A DNA stretch of 64,000 bases from Candidatus Nanoarchaeia archaeon (GCA_035289925.1 DATDVR010000002.1:10590-74589), one strand, 5' to 3'. Shown: positions 46,265 to 54,759, counted from the stretch's first letter. The notes: a model not told the origin generated them from the letters alone. Made by a program: numbers and translations.

Positions 46265-48319
46265 CTAATCTGTTGTTTTTAATTCAGTTACAGGTCTAGA
46301 GAAGTCCTTTAAGTGACCGAAAACAGCCTTGGCTCCTTTTACTGTGTATAAAAAGTCCTGCCAGCTTCTTATCTGTGATAATTTTCTAGCTACATATCTT
46401 GGATCTATGAAAATATGATAAATTTTGTTGCACATTGTCTGTATTTCTTCTGGCGTCATGTCCGGACTTTTGAATACAGGCTCTGCCATGTCGTAAGCTT
46501 CATAGTTGAAAGGATCAAAGTCATCTCTGAACCAGTTGTTTTTTATTGCATCTCTGTTCAATGGAGTTCCTGGATAAGGAATTACTGTAGTTGATTGTAA
46601 AACATCTGCATATCCTTTAATCATTAGTCTTTTAGCTAGTCTGTAAGTCTTCATTGCATCTTCTTTTGTTTCCCAAGGATATCCTACCATGATTGTTAAA
46701 TGAACTGTCAATCCAGCTTCTTTTGCATACTTGCAAGAAGGTTCTACTTCTTCTATTTTAGTTCCCTTGTCTAGTCTGTTTATTGTTTCTTGATTTCCAG
46801 ATTCTAGTCCGAATTTTAATAATCTAAATCCTGCTTCCTTCATTAATTTGTATTCTTCTAAGCTTACCGCTCCAAATCTCATATTGCATGAATATAAAAC
46901 TTTTTTATTGTAGCCAGACTCAATCATTAAATTGCAGAATTTCTTTAGCCAAAGACCTACAGTTATTGTACCGCAGTCATCAAAAATTTCCTTTACTCCA
47001 ATCTCATCTACTAAATATTTTACTTCTTCCATTACATTTTCAGGTGATCTTGCTCTGAAAGTTCCTTTTGGATACAACGTATGATCCCAGACGCAGTTTG
47101 AAACAGACATTAAATTTGCATTGTAAGAATGCTCATTTTCAACAGATATATTATAGACTTCCCCAACATATTCTTCTTTCTTGATTTCTTTTATAGGGAA
47201 TAATATTCTGTTGTCTTGTATCTTTATTTTATTGCTTAAATCAGCTTCTATAAGACTTTGAATTTCTTGAGTTCCATCTTCAGTTACTAAAATAAATTGT
47301 TTGTTTAAAGTCTCAGAAACATTGTTTAAAGAGATGCCTTCTATTGTTGCAGAAGTTAAAAAATCTCCTTCAGTTAATTCACTGGCTTCAATAAACTCTG
47401 GCTTAGATTCTCCATTTTTAATTGCAAAAAACTTATGATTTGGTGTGCATTTAGTAATTTCCTTAATTCCATCTGCTTTAATATTTATTAATTCTCCAGA
47501 ATAGCTTCTTCTAAAAATAAAGTTGTTTTTTTCGTATTTTCCATTATGTGTTAATACTTCTTCTCCTAATTTTAAATCTTTAATCTTTACAATTCCATTT
47601 TTAGTTGTTATTTTAGTATCTGGATGGAAGCAGAATGTACAGCGTCCCCACCAGCAGTCTCTTCCTGACATGATGTAAGCTAAAGGTCTTCCTGCTAAAT
47701 TGAATTCTTTTTGATACCATTCATTGTGTGTAAATACTCTGTCAATAATTGGAGCATCATCTAATGGTCTTGCTAAGTTGTATCTTCCATTTTCTACTAT
47801 TTTTCCATCTTTCCTGTACCATATCCCCTTAGGAATTTCAGTCTTGTTTTCCAAAGCCTCTGCTAAATCAACAGTTGCAAAGTCATGGTATCCACCGCAG
47901 ATTAAAAAATCAATTGGAGAATTTTCCATTGACTCTTTTGGCAATGCAGTTGGATGGTCTCCGCATAAAGCTAGTTTTAATTTTGGGAATTTTTCCTTTA
48001 AAACTTTTGCAATTGCCCAGTGTTTTTTAATAGTTGGAGTTTTAGTATCAAAAATAAACAAATCTGGCTGTTCTTTTTCTAAAAACTTAAAAAAATTTTC
48101 TTCAGATACGCCTTCTGCAATGCAGTCTTTCCAGTAAGTTTTGTATCCTAACTGTTTAAGCCATGTTGCTGCAGTGCCCATAGCTACTGGAAATAAGAAA
48201 GTTGGATTGTTAAAATACTGAAATTGCCTGTTTTGTGATAGTAAAGGTATTCCTCTGGCGGAAAATGTTGGAGGATATCCAACTACAATTTTAAGCTTCT
48301 TTTTAGCCATAGTAATCAA
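46265..48319 (-). CDS. Cobalamin-binding-domain radical SAM enzyme interrupted by a mini-intein
   Basis: N-terminal B12-binding-like domain. Cluster motif DCWWGRCTF|C. Residues 230-408 are a Hint domain. The C-extein resumes CVWDHTLYPKGTFRARSPENVMEEVKYLV (typical radical SAM continuation). Confidence 0.85.
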   Translation of the reverse strand: MITMAKKKLKIVVGYPPTFSARGIPLLSQNRQFQYFNNPTFLFPVAMGTAATWLKQLGYKTYWKDCIAEGVSEENFFKFLEKEQPDLFIFDTKTPTIKKHWAIAKVLKEKFPKLKLALCGDHPTALPKESMENSPIDFLICGGYHDFATVDLAEALENKTEIPKGIWYRKDGKIVENGRYNLARPLDDAPIIDRVFTHNEWYQKEFNLAGRPLAYIMSGRDCWWGRCTFCFHPDTKITTKNGIVKIKDLKLGEEVLTHNGKYEKNNFIFRRSYSGELINIKADGIKEITKCTPNHKFFAIKNGESKPEFIEASELTEGDFLTSATIEGISLNNVSETLNKQFILVTEDGTQEIQSLIEADLSNKIKIQDNRILFPIKEIKKEEYVGEVYNISVENEHSYNANLMSVSNCVWDHTLYPKGTFRARSPENVMEEVKYLVDEIGVKEIFDDCGTITVGLWLKKFCNLMIESGYNKKVLYSCNMRFGAVSLEEYKLMKEAGFRLLKFGLESGNQETINRLDKGTKIEEVEPSCKYAKEAGLTVHLTIMVGYPWETKEDAMKTYRLAKRLMIKGYADVLQSTTVIPYPGTPLNRDAIKNNWFRDDFDPFNYEAYDMAEPVFKSPDMTPEEIQTMCNKIYHIFIDPRYVARKLSQIRSWQDFLYTVKGAKAVFGHLKDFSRPVTELKTTD
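47096..47632 (-). mobile_element. Mini-intein (179 aa, no homing-endonuclease domain)
   Basis: Block A CFHPDTKITT, block B TKCTPNHKF (TxxH), blocks F/G VYNISVENEHSYNANLMSVSN followed by +1 Cys. The DNA codons were checked: TGC at 47630-47632, AAC at 47096-47098, +1 TGC at 47093-47095. Confidence 0.8.
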
Positions 48320-48443
48320 CTAGATTTTGATATATTTAAAGGTTTTTAGAAGGTTTATAAGCTTTATTAATGAATAGTTTTAAGATGAGATAGTAGTGTC
48401 AATACACTACGTGGAGCTTATACCTATTGTGTCTTTATACTTA

Positions 48444-48872
48444 TTAAGCCACAAATTTACTTTCTCTAGCCATGTCAGGATACTTCTGATAAACGTATCT
48501 TAACAACTCTGTAGCATTGAAATCAATAAATTTCTTGCACATTTCACCTATTTTTTGTTTTTCTTTTATGTTTTCTTTTGAAAAAAATATTTTTGCAGTT
48601 TCATTCTTACCAGATTCCGTAAGAGAATATTGATAATAATCATGATTCGATTTCCCAGGAAGTAGCTTTTCTTCTATCAAACCAGCACTAACAAATTCGT
48701 TTAAAGTGTCATTTAATTCTGAAGAAAATGGACCATATAAATAAGCTTGATACTTAAAAGTCTCGACTATTTCTTTATTAATCAAAAACATCAATTTTTG
48801 AAGAAAAGTTCTTCCAAAAACATTCCCCATTTCATAAAAAACAACTAACAATGCCTCTTTTTTATTAATCAT
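48444..48872 (-). CDS. Panacea/SocA-like (DUF4065) domain protein
   Basis: GRTFLQKLMFLINKE...YLYGPFSSELNDTL matches the kLqKLlY....GP.s pattern. The C-terminal DYYQYSLTESGKNE looks like a winged-helix wing. Confidence 0.55.
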   Translation of the reverse strand: MINKKEALLVVFYEMGNVFGRTFLQKLMFLINKEIVETFKYQAYLYGPFSSELNDTLNEFVSAGLIEEKLLPGKSNHDYYQYSLTESGKNETAKIFFSKENIKEKQKIGEMCKKFIDFNATELLRYVYQKYPDMARESKFVA

Positions 48873-49567
48873 TTTTTTACCTCCTTTTTCATAAAATCAT
48901 AAATCACCTTATCCATAGTCAAACTACCAAAGAAACTTTGTTTTCCTTTTTTATCAGCTCTCTTAGATATTAAAACAACACCATATTTTTCTTTCTTTTT
49001 ATTCTCTATTAAGATTACATTCAACTTACCTTCCATTAAAGTCAAACCACTACTAAATTGAAATTTTTCGATTTTTTTCTTAAATTCCAAGGACTGCACT
49101 TCTTTGTCAAGATAAACTAAGAGTTCATATCCTTTTTGGACTAATTCGTTAAGCGTTGTTATTAACAATCCTTCACTTTTTAAAATCATAGATTCATTAG
49201 CAGGATCCTCTTTGTCAAAATCTGGAATTTCCTTTGATTGTTCAAGCAAAGATATCTCCTTTTCTATTTGATCCCAATCTTCTTTTAATTCTAATAATAA
49301 GTGCCTTGGATGTATTGCTTTATAACTTTTCACGTTTGAACTAGTATCTTCAAATATAACTCTTTTAGATTCTAAATTATTTAATATTTGATAAGGCCTT
49401 GAAACTGAGTTACCCAATCCGTTTTTCTCCAAGATATCTCCTATATCAGTAGCTTTCACATTTCCTTTTTGTATTATTCTTAGTAAAACCAAGGTTTCAT
49501 CTTTACTTAAATTATGTAAATTCTGTAAAGCTGAAGCTGTTTTCTCAAAACCATTAAGTGTACCCAT
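48869..49567 (-). CDS. TrmB-like winged-helix transcriptional regulator
   Basis: N-terminal LSKDETLVLLRIIQKGNVKATDIGDILE...RPYQILNNLESKRVIFE. 4-nt overlap with the downstream Panacea gene. Confidence 0.55.
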   Translation of the reverse strand: MGTLNGFEKTASALQNLHNLSKDETLVLLRIIQKGNVKATDIGDILEKNGLGNSVSRPYQILNNLESKRVIFEDTSSNVKSYKAIHPRHLLLELKEDWDQIEKEISLLEQSKEIPDFDKEDPANESMILKSEGLLITTLNELVQKGYELLVYLDKEVQSLEFKKKIEKFQFSSGLTLMEGKLNVILIENKKKEKYGVVLISKRADKKGKQSFFGSLTMDKVIYDFMKKEVKK

Positions 49568-49620
49568 ATAATCTATTTCTCCATAGTTTTTTTACCTTTA
49601 TATCTTGTTATTTAGGACTT

Positions 49621-49680
49621 AGAATATTATTCTCTTTTAATATAAATATTTTTGCTTTAAAATAATATTCAGTAATATTC
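49621..49680. promoter_or_regulatory. Candidate operator set: palindrome AGAATA-T-TATTCT plus two direct TAATATTC copies
   Basis: GAATATTA at 49622-49629 is the inverse of TAATATTC at 49663-49670 and 49673-49680. All three lie in the divergent intergenic region between the TrmB-like operon and the HTH gene. Confidence 0.35.
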
Positions 49681-49766
49681 TACAATTTTTAGTAGAAAAA
49701 ATAGAAAGATTTAAAAAGATAGCTTCATTAGTTATATTATAAAAAGTCAATGTAGGGAGGCCTAAA

Positions 49767-50294
49767 ATGACGGACTTAAATAAGAAATTCAGTAGAATAG
49801 CAGAAAAGCATAAAAAAATAGATTTACATAAAGTAGATGATGTATATGAAACCATAGATACATTAAGTAAACAAAAAAAGGCTACAAATACTAATATAGC
49901 TAATAAACTTAAATTCAAAAGAAATACTGTAACAAGAATAGTAGCTCTTCTCAAAAAGTATGCTTATGCAGCATTAGCAGAGGGGGGTAATGGAATTCCT
50001 TTTTTAGCAATAATTGAAAGTGATAATTCAGAGAGAAGTCCTTTATTTGGAAAAGAAAAAATAGGGAAATTCGTTGAAGAAAATTTTGAGGAGCTCAAAG
50101 AAAATCTTAGTAAGATTCCTGGATTTTATAAAGAGAAAAATGAAATATTAAGCTATAAAAGTAAAGATAAAAATGGAAGTTTTTTCAACAAGTTTAATTA
50201 TCTAGTCGAGCAATTATGGAAAATAGATAAAACTATAGAAATATTTAAAATTCAAATAAGGAGTATGGCAAATCGCTATGTAATAAGGAAATAA
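49767..50294 (+). CDS. Hypothetical protein with probable helix-turn-helix
   Basis: GGGAGG Shine-Dalgarno 7 nt upstream. ATNTNIANKLKFKRNTVTRIVALL looks like an HTH. Confidence 0.45.
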   Translation: MTDLNKKFSRIAEKHKKIDLHKVDDVYETIDTLSKQKKATNTNIANKLKFKRNTVTRIVALLKKYAYAALAEGGNGIPFLAIIESDNSERSPLFGKEKIGKFVEENFEELKENLSKIPGFYKEKNEILSYKSKDKNGSFFNKFNYLVEQLWKIDKTIEIFKIQIRSMANRYVIRK

Positions 50295-50295
50295 A

Positions 50296-50535
50296 ATGGC
50301 AAAGAAGAATAATTTTGCAATTGGATTTAATATAGGAGATAAAACTCAAACTATATTAGATATTTTACCAAAAGATAATAAACTTGAAAAAGAAAAAAGA
50401 CTAGAAATAGGAAAAAAAGTTTTGATTTTAGGTGGTTTATCAAGGTTATTCTCTGAAAAGAAAGAGGATAAAGAATTAGGTGAAAAAGCAATGGGTTTTG
50501 GGGCTTCATTTATTTTAGGGTGTATACTAAGATGA
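50296..50535 (+). CDS. Small hypothetical protein
   Basis: 79 aa. Starts 2 nt after the previous stop. Hydrophobic C-terminus. Confidence 0.4.
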   Translation: MAKKNNFAIGFNIGDKTQTILDILPKDNKLEKEKRLEIGKKVLILGGLSRLFSEKKEDKELGEKAMGFGASFILGCILR

Positions 50536-50666
50536 ATAAAAAAGGATTTTATTTAGCACCTCTTGCAATGGCATTAATAGTTGGTTTTTTGATTTTTGTT
50601 TTCATTATGTCAACTACAACATTAAGAGAAGGCTTTTTTCAAGCTTTAAAGATAATTTTTGGATAA
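50532..50666 (+). CDS. Small single-TM protein (44 aa), not in the ORF track
   Basis: Own translation: MNKKGFYLAPLAMALIVGFLIFVFIMSTTTLREGFFQALKIIFG. ATGA overlap with the previous gene. Confidence 0.35.
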   Translation: MNKKGFYLAPLAMALIVGFLIFVFIMSTTTLREGFFQALKIIFG

Positions 50667-50698
50667 ATAAAGGTTCCTACTTGATAATAACCATAATA

Positions 50699-51190
50699 TT
50701 AAATCTTTAATAAATTAAAGTTATTTATATATTCAGAATAATCAACCATCACATCCCTATCTTCCCAAGCCTTATTTTTTTGAATTTTAAAATAATAATC
50801 AAACCTATTTTTTCTATCCTTTTTATTTTTTGACTTATCTAACAATATATCAGAAGGTATAATCAACATTCTAGGGGTCATCATTTTCTTATATTCCTTG
50901 TCTTCAGCAGTATAAATTAAAAATATATAAAAATCTGCAACTTTATTCAAAACTTTATCTTTACTTACACTAAACCAGCCATTAGCTTGTCCTAAATTAT
51001 ATTCCCTACTTTCTTTAACTTGTATCTTTACAACTTTCTTAGTCTTTTGATTCATTAAAACCAGATCATAATCTTTTAATTGATTGTTTAATGGTATAAA
51101 TATTTCATAAGATTTACCAAGTGCCTTTTTTATATAATCCGAAGCTATAATTTCTCCAACTTGTAAAGACCAAATATTTTTTAGAGTCAT
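50699..51190 (-). CDS. Hypothetical protein with PD-(D/E)XK-like motif
   Basis: GEIIASDYIKK...DYDLVLMNQKTKKVVKIQVKESR (E...D...QxK). Start set to MTLKNIW (ATGA overlap with the upstream nuclease gene). Confidence 0.45.
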   Translation of the reverse strand: MTLKNIWSLQVGEIIASDYIKKALGKSYEIFIPLNNQLKDYDLVLMNQKTKKVVKIQVKESREYNLGQANGWFSVSKDKVLNKVADFYIFLIYTAEDKEYKKMMTPRMLIIPSDILLDKSKNKKDRKNRFDYYFKIQKNKAWEDRDVMVDYSEYINNFNLLKI

Positions 51191-51903
51191 TTTTCTTTCC
51201 ACTCACAAAACTTACATTCTTTACTAGCCTTAGGCATCTTTCCATTTAATACCTTTATAGCCTTCTTAAACAAGTTTTCAGCATGCTTAACATTAATATT
51301 CATCTTTACTAGTTCAGTCTTGAAAACAAATTCTCCTGACTTTAAAACATTTTCAGGAACATAAAACAATAGATAAGCATAATCCTCAGTTTCATAACCA
51401 TTTTTTCTTAGTAAAAAATTATAGATATTTAACTGATCTTGGTAATGATGTGCAGTATCTTCTTTTACTGGAAATCCTCTGGTTTTATAGTCTAAAACAA
51501 CTAATTTCTTTCCTTTTATTAATATATTATCTACTGCTCCTCTTAACAAAATTCCAGAATTTTTATCTTCATATTGAATACCTTTAAAGTTGTTTCTCCA
51601 AATACTTAATAATTCCTTGTTGTTAAAAAGTTTATAATCATGTTTTTTGTGATAGATTAATTCTAGAGGTAACTTGTCTTTTTCCATGAAAGAATCAAAA
51701 TGTTGTTTTAATATTTTATCAACACCAGAAGGTAAACTGGGAAAAGGGCCTGAAGGCCTTGATATTTTATTTACTAATTGTAAATAAAAGCATCTAGGAC
51801 AATCCTCTAAAAGATTTAAAGATGATGGTGATAGTTTATACATAGTTTTATTAAAATTTTGTATATTTATATAGTTTCGGAAATCTTTCGGTAAATAAGA
51901 CAA
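51187..51903 (-). CDS. PD-(D/E)XK nuclease, Cas4/RecB-like with four-Cys cluster
   Basis: LSPSSLNLLEDCPRCFYLQ, GAVDNILIKGKKLVVLDYKT (D...DxK), QLNIYNFLL, C-terminal ECKFCEW. Confidence 0.7.
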   Translation of the reverse strand: MSYLPKDFRNYINIQNFNKTMYKLSPSSLNLLEDCPRCFYLQLVNKISRPSGPFPSLPSGVDKILKQHFDSFMEKDKLPLELIYHKKHDYKLFNNKELLSIWRNNFKGIQYEDKNSGILLRGAVDNILIKGKKLVVLDYKTRGFPVKEDTAHHYQDQLNIYNFLLRKNGYETEDYAYLLFYVPENVLKSGEFVFKTELVKMNINVKHAENLFKKAIKVLNGKMPKASKECKFCEWKEK

Positions 51904-51988
51904 ACGGCATACAAAAGTTTATAAATTACGGAAGATTTTCAATAAATACTGCGAAAACTTATTAAATACCTATTGCAGTTATAATCCA

Positions 51989-53374
51989 ATGAATGAAAAC
52001 ACGATTGTATCGCAAAAATTAGATTTTGTGGATGTCGATATGGGTTCCCTTAGCAATAAGGATATTATAAAAAAATTAAATGGACTAAGTAGGCTTCCCG
52101 AAAACTTTAATGAAGCTCCTTTATTAGCTTTGCTTAATAATAAAAATGAAAACATAAGACTATTAGCCGTTAAGAATTTAGCTAAGTTAAAAAGATTTAG
52201 TTTACTAAATACTTATGTAGGGATTATTATATCTGATATAAGTTCCGATGTAAGAAGAGAAGCCGTGTCAGCTATAGGCAGATTAAGAAATGAGCATGCC
52301 AAATCAGTTCTAATTAAATTATTAAAGGATAAAGATCCAGAAATCATTTTACAAGCTATAAGGGGGCTATTAGTTTTTAAGGGCAACATTTCCATAAGGA
52401 AAACTTTACTTAACCTTAAAAAACATCCCAATGAAATCATTCAAGAAGTAATAAAAAAAGAATTTTATAACAATTCCTCAAATAAACCAGATTTAAACCA
52501 TAATTCTTCTCCAGATTTTCTTAAAAATACTGTTATTCATGGAGATGTTAGAACGATACTCAAACAGGTAAAAAATGATTCCGTCCATCTGACTTTTACT
52601 TCACCCCCTTATTATAATGCTAGAGATTACTCCATATATGCAAGTTACAAAGAATATTTGGGATTTCTTGAAGAAGTTTTTAAAGAAGTTTATAGAATTA
52701 CAAAAGAAGGACGTTTTTTCTTATTAAATACCTCGCCGATTATTATCCCTCGCGCCGGTAGACAATATTCGAGTAAGAGATATCCGATCCCTTACGATAT
52801 TCATCCGTTACTGATTAAAATGGGTTGGGAGTTTATCGACGATATTATTTGGTTAAAACCAGAGGCAAGTGCAAAAAATAGAAATGCTGGTTTCTTACAG
52901 CATAGAAAACCATTAGCATATAAACCTAATGCTTGTACTGAATGCGTAATGGTTTATAGGAAAAAAACCGATAAACTAATTGACTGGAATATAAAACAAT
53001 ATTCGAAAGACATAGTAGAAAAAAGTAAGATAAACGGAGATTTTGAATCTTCTAATGTTTGGAACATTGACCCTGTATTTGATAAAACTCATAGTGCGGT
53101 CTTTCCTATAGAATTGTGCAATAAGATCATAAAGTTTTATTCATTTAAAGGGGATTTAGTATTCGATCCTTTTGCAGGAAGCGGAACACTTGGCGTATCT
53201 GCAATAGGGCTTGACAGACATTTCTTTTTAACTGAACTAAACAAAGAGTATTTTGATAGGATTCAAGAGAATATTGCCCAAACTAAAATATTCTCTAAAA
53301 ATTTGATTAAGCCAAGATTTATAAATATCGAGGAGTTCAAGAAGCTATCCCGAAATGACAAAAATATTAAGTAA
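51989..53374 (+). CDS. DNA methyltransferase (beta-class, SPPY motif IV before FxGxG motif I) with N-terminal HEAT-like repeats
   Basis: HLTFTSPPYYNARDY and VFDPFAGSGTLGVSA. N-terminal repeats: NIRLLAVKNLAKL / DVRREAVSAIGRLRN / DPEIILQAIRGL. Confidence 0.8.
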   Translation: MNENTIVSQKLDFVDVDMGSLSNKDIIKKLNGLSRLPENFNEAPLLALLNNKNENIRLLAVKNLAKLKRFSLLNTYVGIIISDISSDVRREAVSAIGRLRNEHAKSVLIKLLKDKDPEIILQAIRGLLVFKGNISIRKTLLNLKKHPNEIIQEVIKKEFYNNSSNKPDLNHNSSPDFLKNTVIHGDVRTILKQVKNDSVHLTFTSPPYYNARDYSIYASYKEYLGFLEEVFKEVYRITKEGRFFLLNTSPIIIPRAGRQYSSKRYPIPYDIHPLLIKMGWEFIDDIIWLKPEASAKNRNAGFLQHRKPLAYKPNACTECVMVYRKKTDKLIDWNIKQYSKDIVEKSKINGDFESSNVWNIDPVFDKTHSAVFPIELCNKIIKFYSFKGDLVFDPFAGSGTLGVSAIGLDRHFFLTELNKEYFDRIQENIAQTKIFSKNLIKPRFINIEEFKKLSRNDKNIK

Positions 53375-54287
53375 CCGAATTACAAAAAATGTAATAAAAA
53401 AATTGTTGGCTGGACAAGATTATAGAATAGAAATCGTTAATCAAATTAATGAAGACTTCTTAAGATATGTAATTGATTTTTTTAAGAAAGTTGTCAGTGC
53501 TAAACTAAAGAATAAGGGTATCACACTAGATTGGTACCGAAAGGAGTTTTTATCAGATAAGCTAAATTCTGAAGATCTTGCAATTAATTCTGGTTTGAAT
53601 AAGAAGACTATTTCTAACATGTATAATTCTGCAACTAGAGAGATAGTACTTGAAGCATCTAAAGAACATTATGATATCCTCTATGGAACAATAAACGCTT
53701 TAATTAGTGGTGAACCTGAAGTAGATCTTACGCTAACTATTAAGTTTAAAGGAGTTAGTGTAGATTTATCAATTAGTGAAAGTTTAGTCGTCATTAATAA
53801 CTTGGCTGTAAAAAGAGCAGCCTTGAGGGGAGGTTTATGGAGTGCAATCGGTAAAAGGGTAGAAGGTCCTTTAATGTTAACATTATGTAAATTATATAAT
53901 CTCAACGCAAAAAATTTTAGTTTAAAAATAGAGGGTGGTGGAAAAGCAAGCTATGGAAATTTTGAAAGAGAGATAGATTTTTTCTTAAAAAATAAAGATG
54001 AAATTTATAAATGTGAGGTAAAATTAATGGGAAAGGGGAATCCCGAAAGCGCCGATGCCTTTATTGCTAGAGAAAGTAGAATCTTCATTGCCGATAAACT
54101 TTCAGATAAAAATAAAAATCAATTCGATAGTCTTGGAGCTCAGTGGGTTGAATTAAGATCTAAAGAGGGCTTTAGAAGATTTGAAAAAATATTGAAGAAA
54201 CTAAAGATACCTTATTCCGAACTACCTAAAGATATCAACAAAAGAATAGACTGTATTCTTGATGAAATAATAAAGAAAGACAATTAG
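53355..54287 (+). CDS. Candidate type II restriction endonuclease partner
   Basis: Overlaps the methyltransferase 3' end by 20 nt. EREIDFFLKNKDEIYKCEVKLMGKG contains a D...ExK arrangement. Confidence 0.5.
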   Translation: MTKILSNRITKNVIKKLLAGQDYRIEIVNQINEDFLRYVIDFFKKVVSAKLKNKGITLDWYRKEFLSDKLNSEDLAINSGLNKKTISNMYNSATREIVLEASKEHYDILYGTINALISGEPEVDLTLTIKFKGVSVDLSISESLVVINNLAVKRAALRGGLWSAIGKRVEGPLMLTLCKLYNLNAKNFSLKIEGGGKASYGNFEREIDFFLKNKDEIYKCEVKLMGKGNPESADAFIARESRIFIADKLSDKNKNQFDSLGAQWVELRSKEGFRRFEKILKKLKIPYSELPKDINKRIDCILDEIIKKDN

Positions 54288-54351
54288 TATTTCTGATTAT
54301 CATTTTACATACCTAATTAGCTTGCATGATTAAAATTAAAGAAGAAAATAT

Positions 54352-54486
54352 TTAAAGGTTCGTATAACCCTTCTTTAACTTATCAATCTCAATCTTCTTC
54401 ATAATGGCTTCAAAAAGAACTTTATCCCTTTTAGCTAATTTGTTTAGTGTTTTAGCAAGATAGTCGCTTAGCTCATAGTTTGTCAT
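54352..54486 (-). pseudogene. Truncated RelE/ParE-like toxin remnant (44 codons)
   Basis: Own translation: MTNYELSDYLAKTLNKLAKRDKVLFEAIMKKIEIDKLKKGYTNL*. It resembles only the N-terminal half of RelE-family toxins. Overlaps the RHH gene stop by 14 nt. Confidence 0.35.
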
Positions 54487-54721
54487 TCTCTATCAACTTC
54501 CTTAGTTCAGCAATAGTGTTAAATTTATGGTACTTCCCTTCCCTTATTTTTGCAAGTTTCTTGAGATAGCTAGGTTTGACTTTTCGATTGTCAAATTCGT
54601 CCCCTATCTGGGATTCCATATAAAGTTCTATTTGTTTGCTCATGCTTATCCCGTGCTCCTTGCAAAACTTGGAAAACTTACCATACACTTCTTCCTGAAC
54701 GTTGAAAGTTTTCAAAACCAT
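54473..54721 (-). CDS. Ribbon-helix-helix (CopG-like) antitoxin
   Basis: MVLKTFNVQEEVYGKFSKFCKEHGISMSKQIELYM (beta strand followed by two helices). Confidence 0.6.
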   Translation of the reverse strand: MVLKTFNVQEEVYGKFSKFCKEHGISMSKQIELYMESQIGDEFDNRKVKPSYLKKLAKIREGKYHKFNTIAELRKLIENDKL

Positions 54722-54745
54722 AGTTAAATAACATTATTTAACATT

Positions 54746-54759
54746 ATTTAAGCTTTTCT
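54746..54759 (-). promoter_or_regulatory. Shared 14-mer ATTTAAGCTTTTCT (TATA-like on minus strand), 25 nt upstream of the RHH start
   Basis: The identical 14-mer recurs at 55918-55931 upstream of the MNT gene. Confidence 0.4.

Noticed and set aside
48393-48410. Perfect hairpin GTAGTGT-CAAT-ACACTAC just downstream of the Panacea gene; considered as a terminator or island attachment site
   Set aside because: No T-tract follows it on the transcribed strand, and no second copy was found at the other island border. A 7-bp stem alone is not evidence.
49637-49954. 105-aa minus-strand hydrophobic ORF
   Set aside because: It overlaps the SD-led plus-strand gene 49767..50294 and the operator-rich intergenic region. 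It has no start context.
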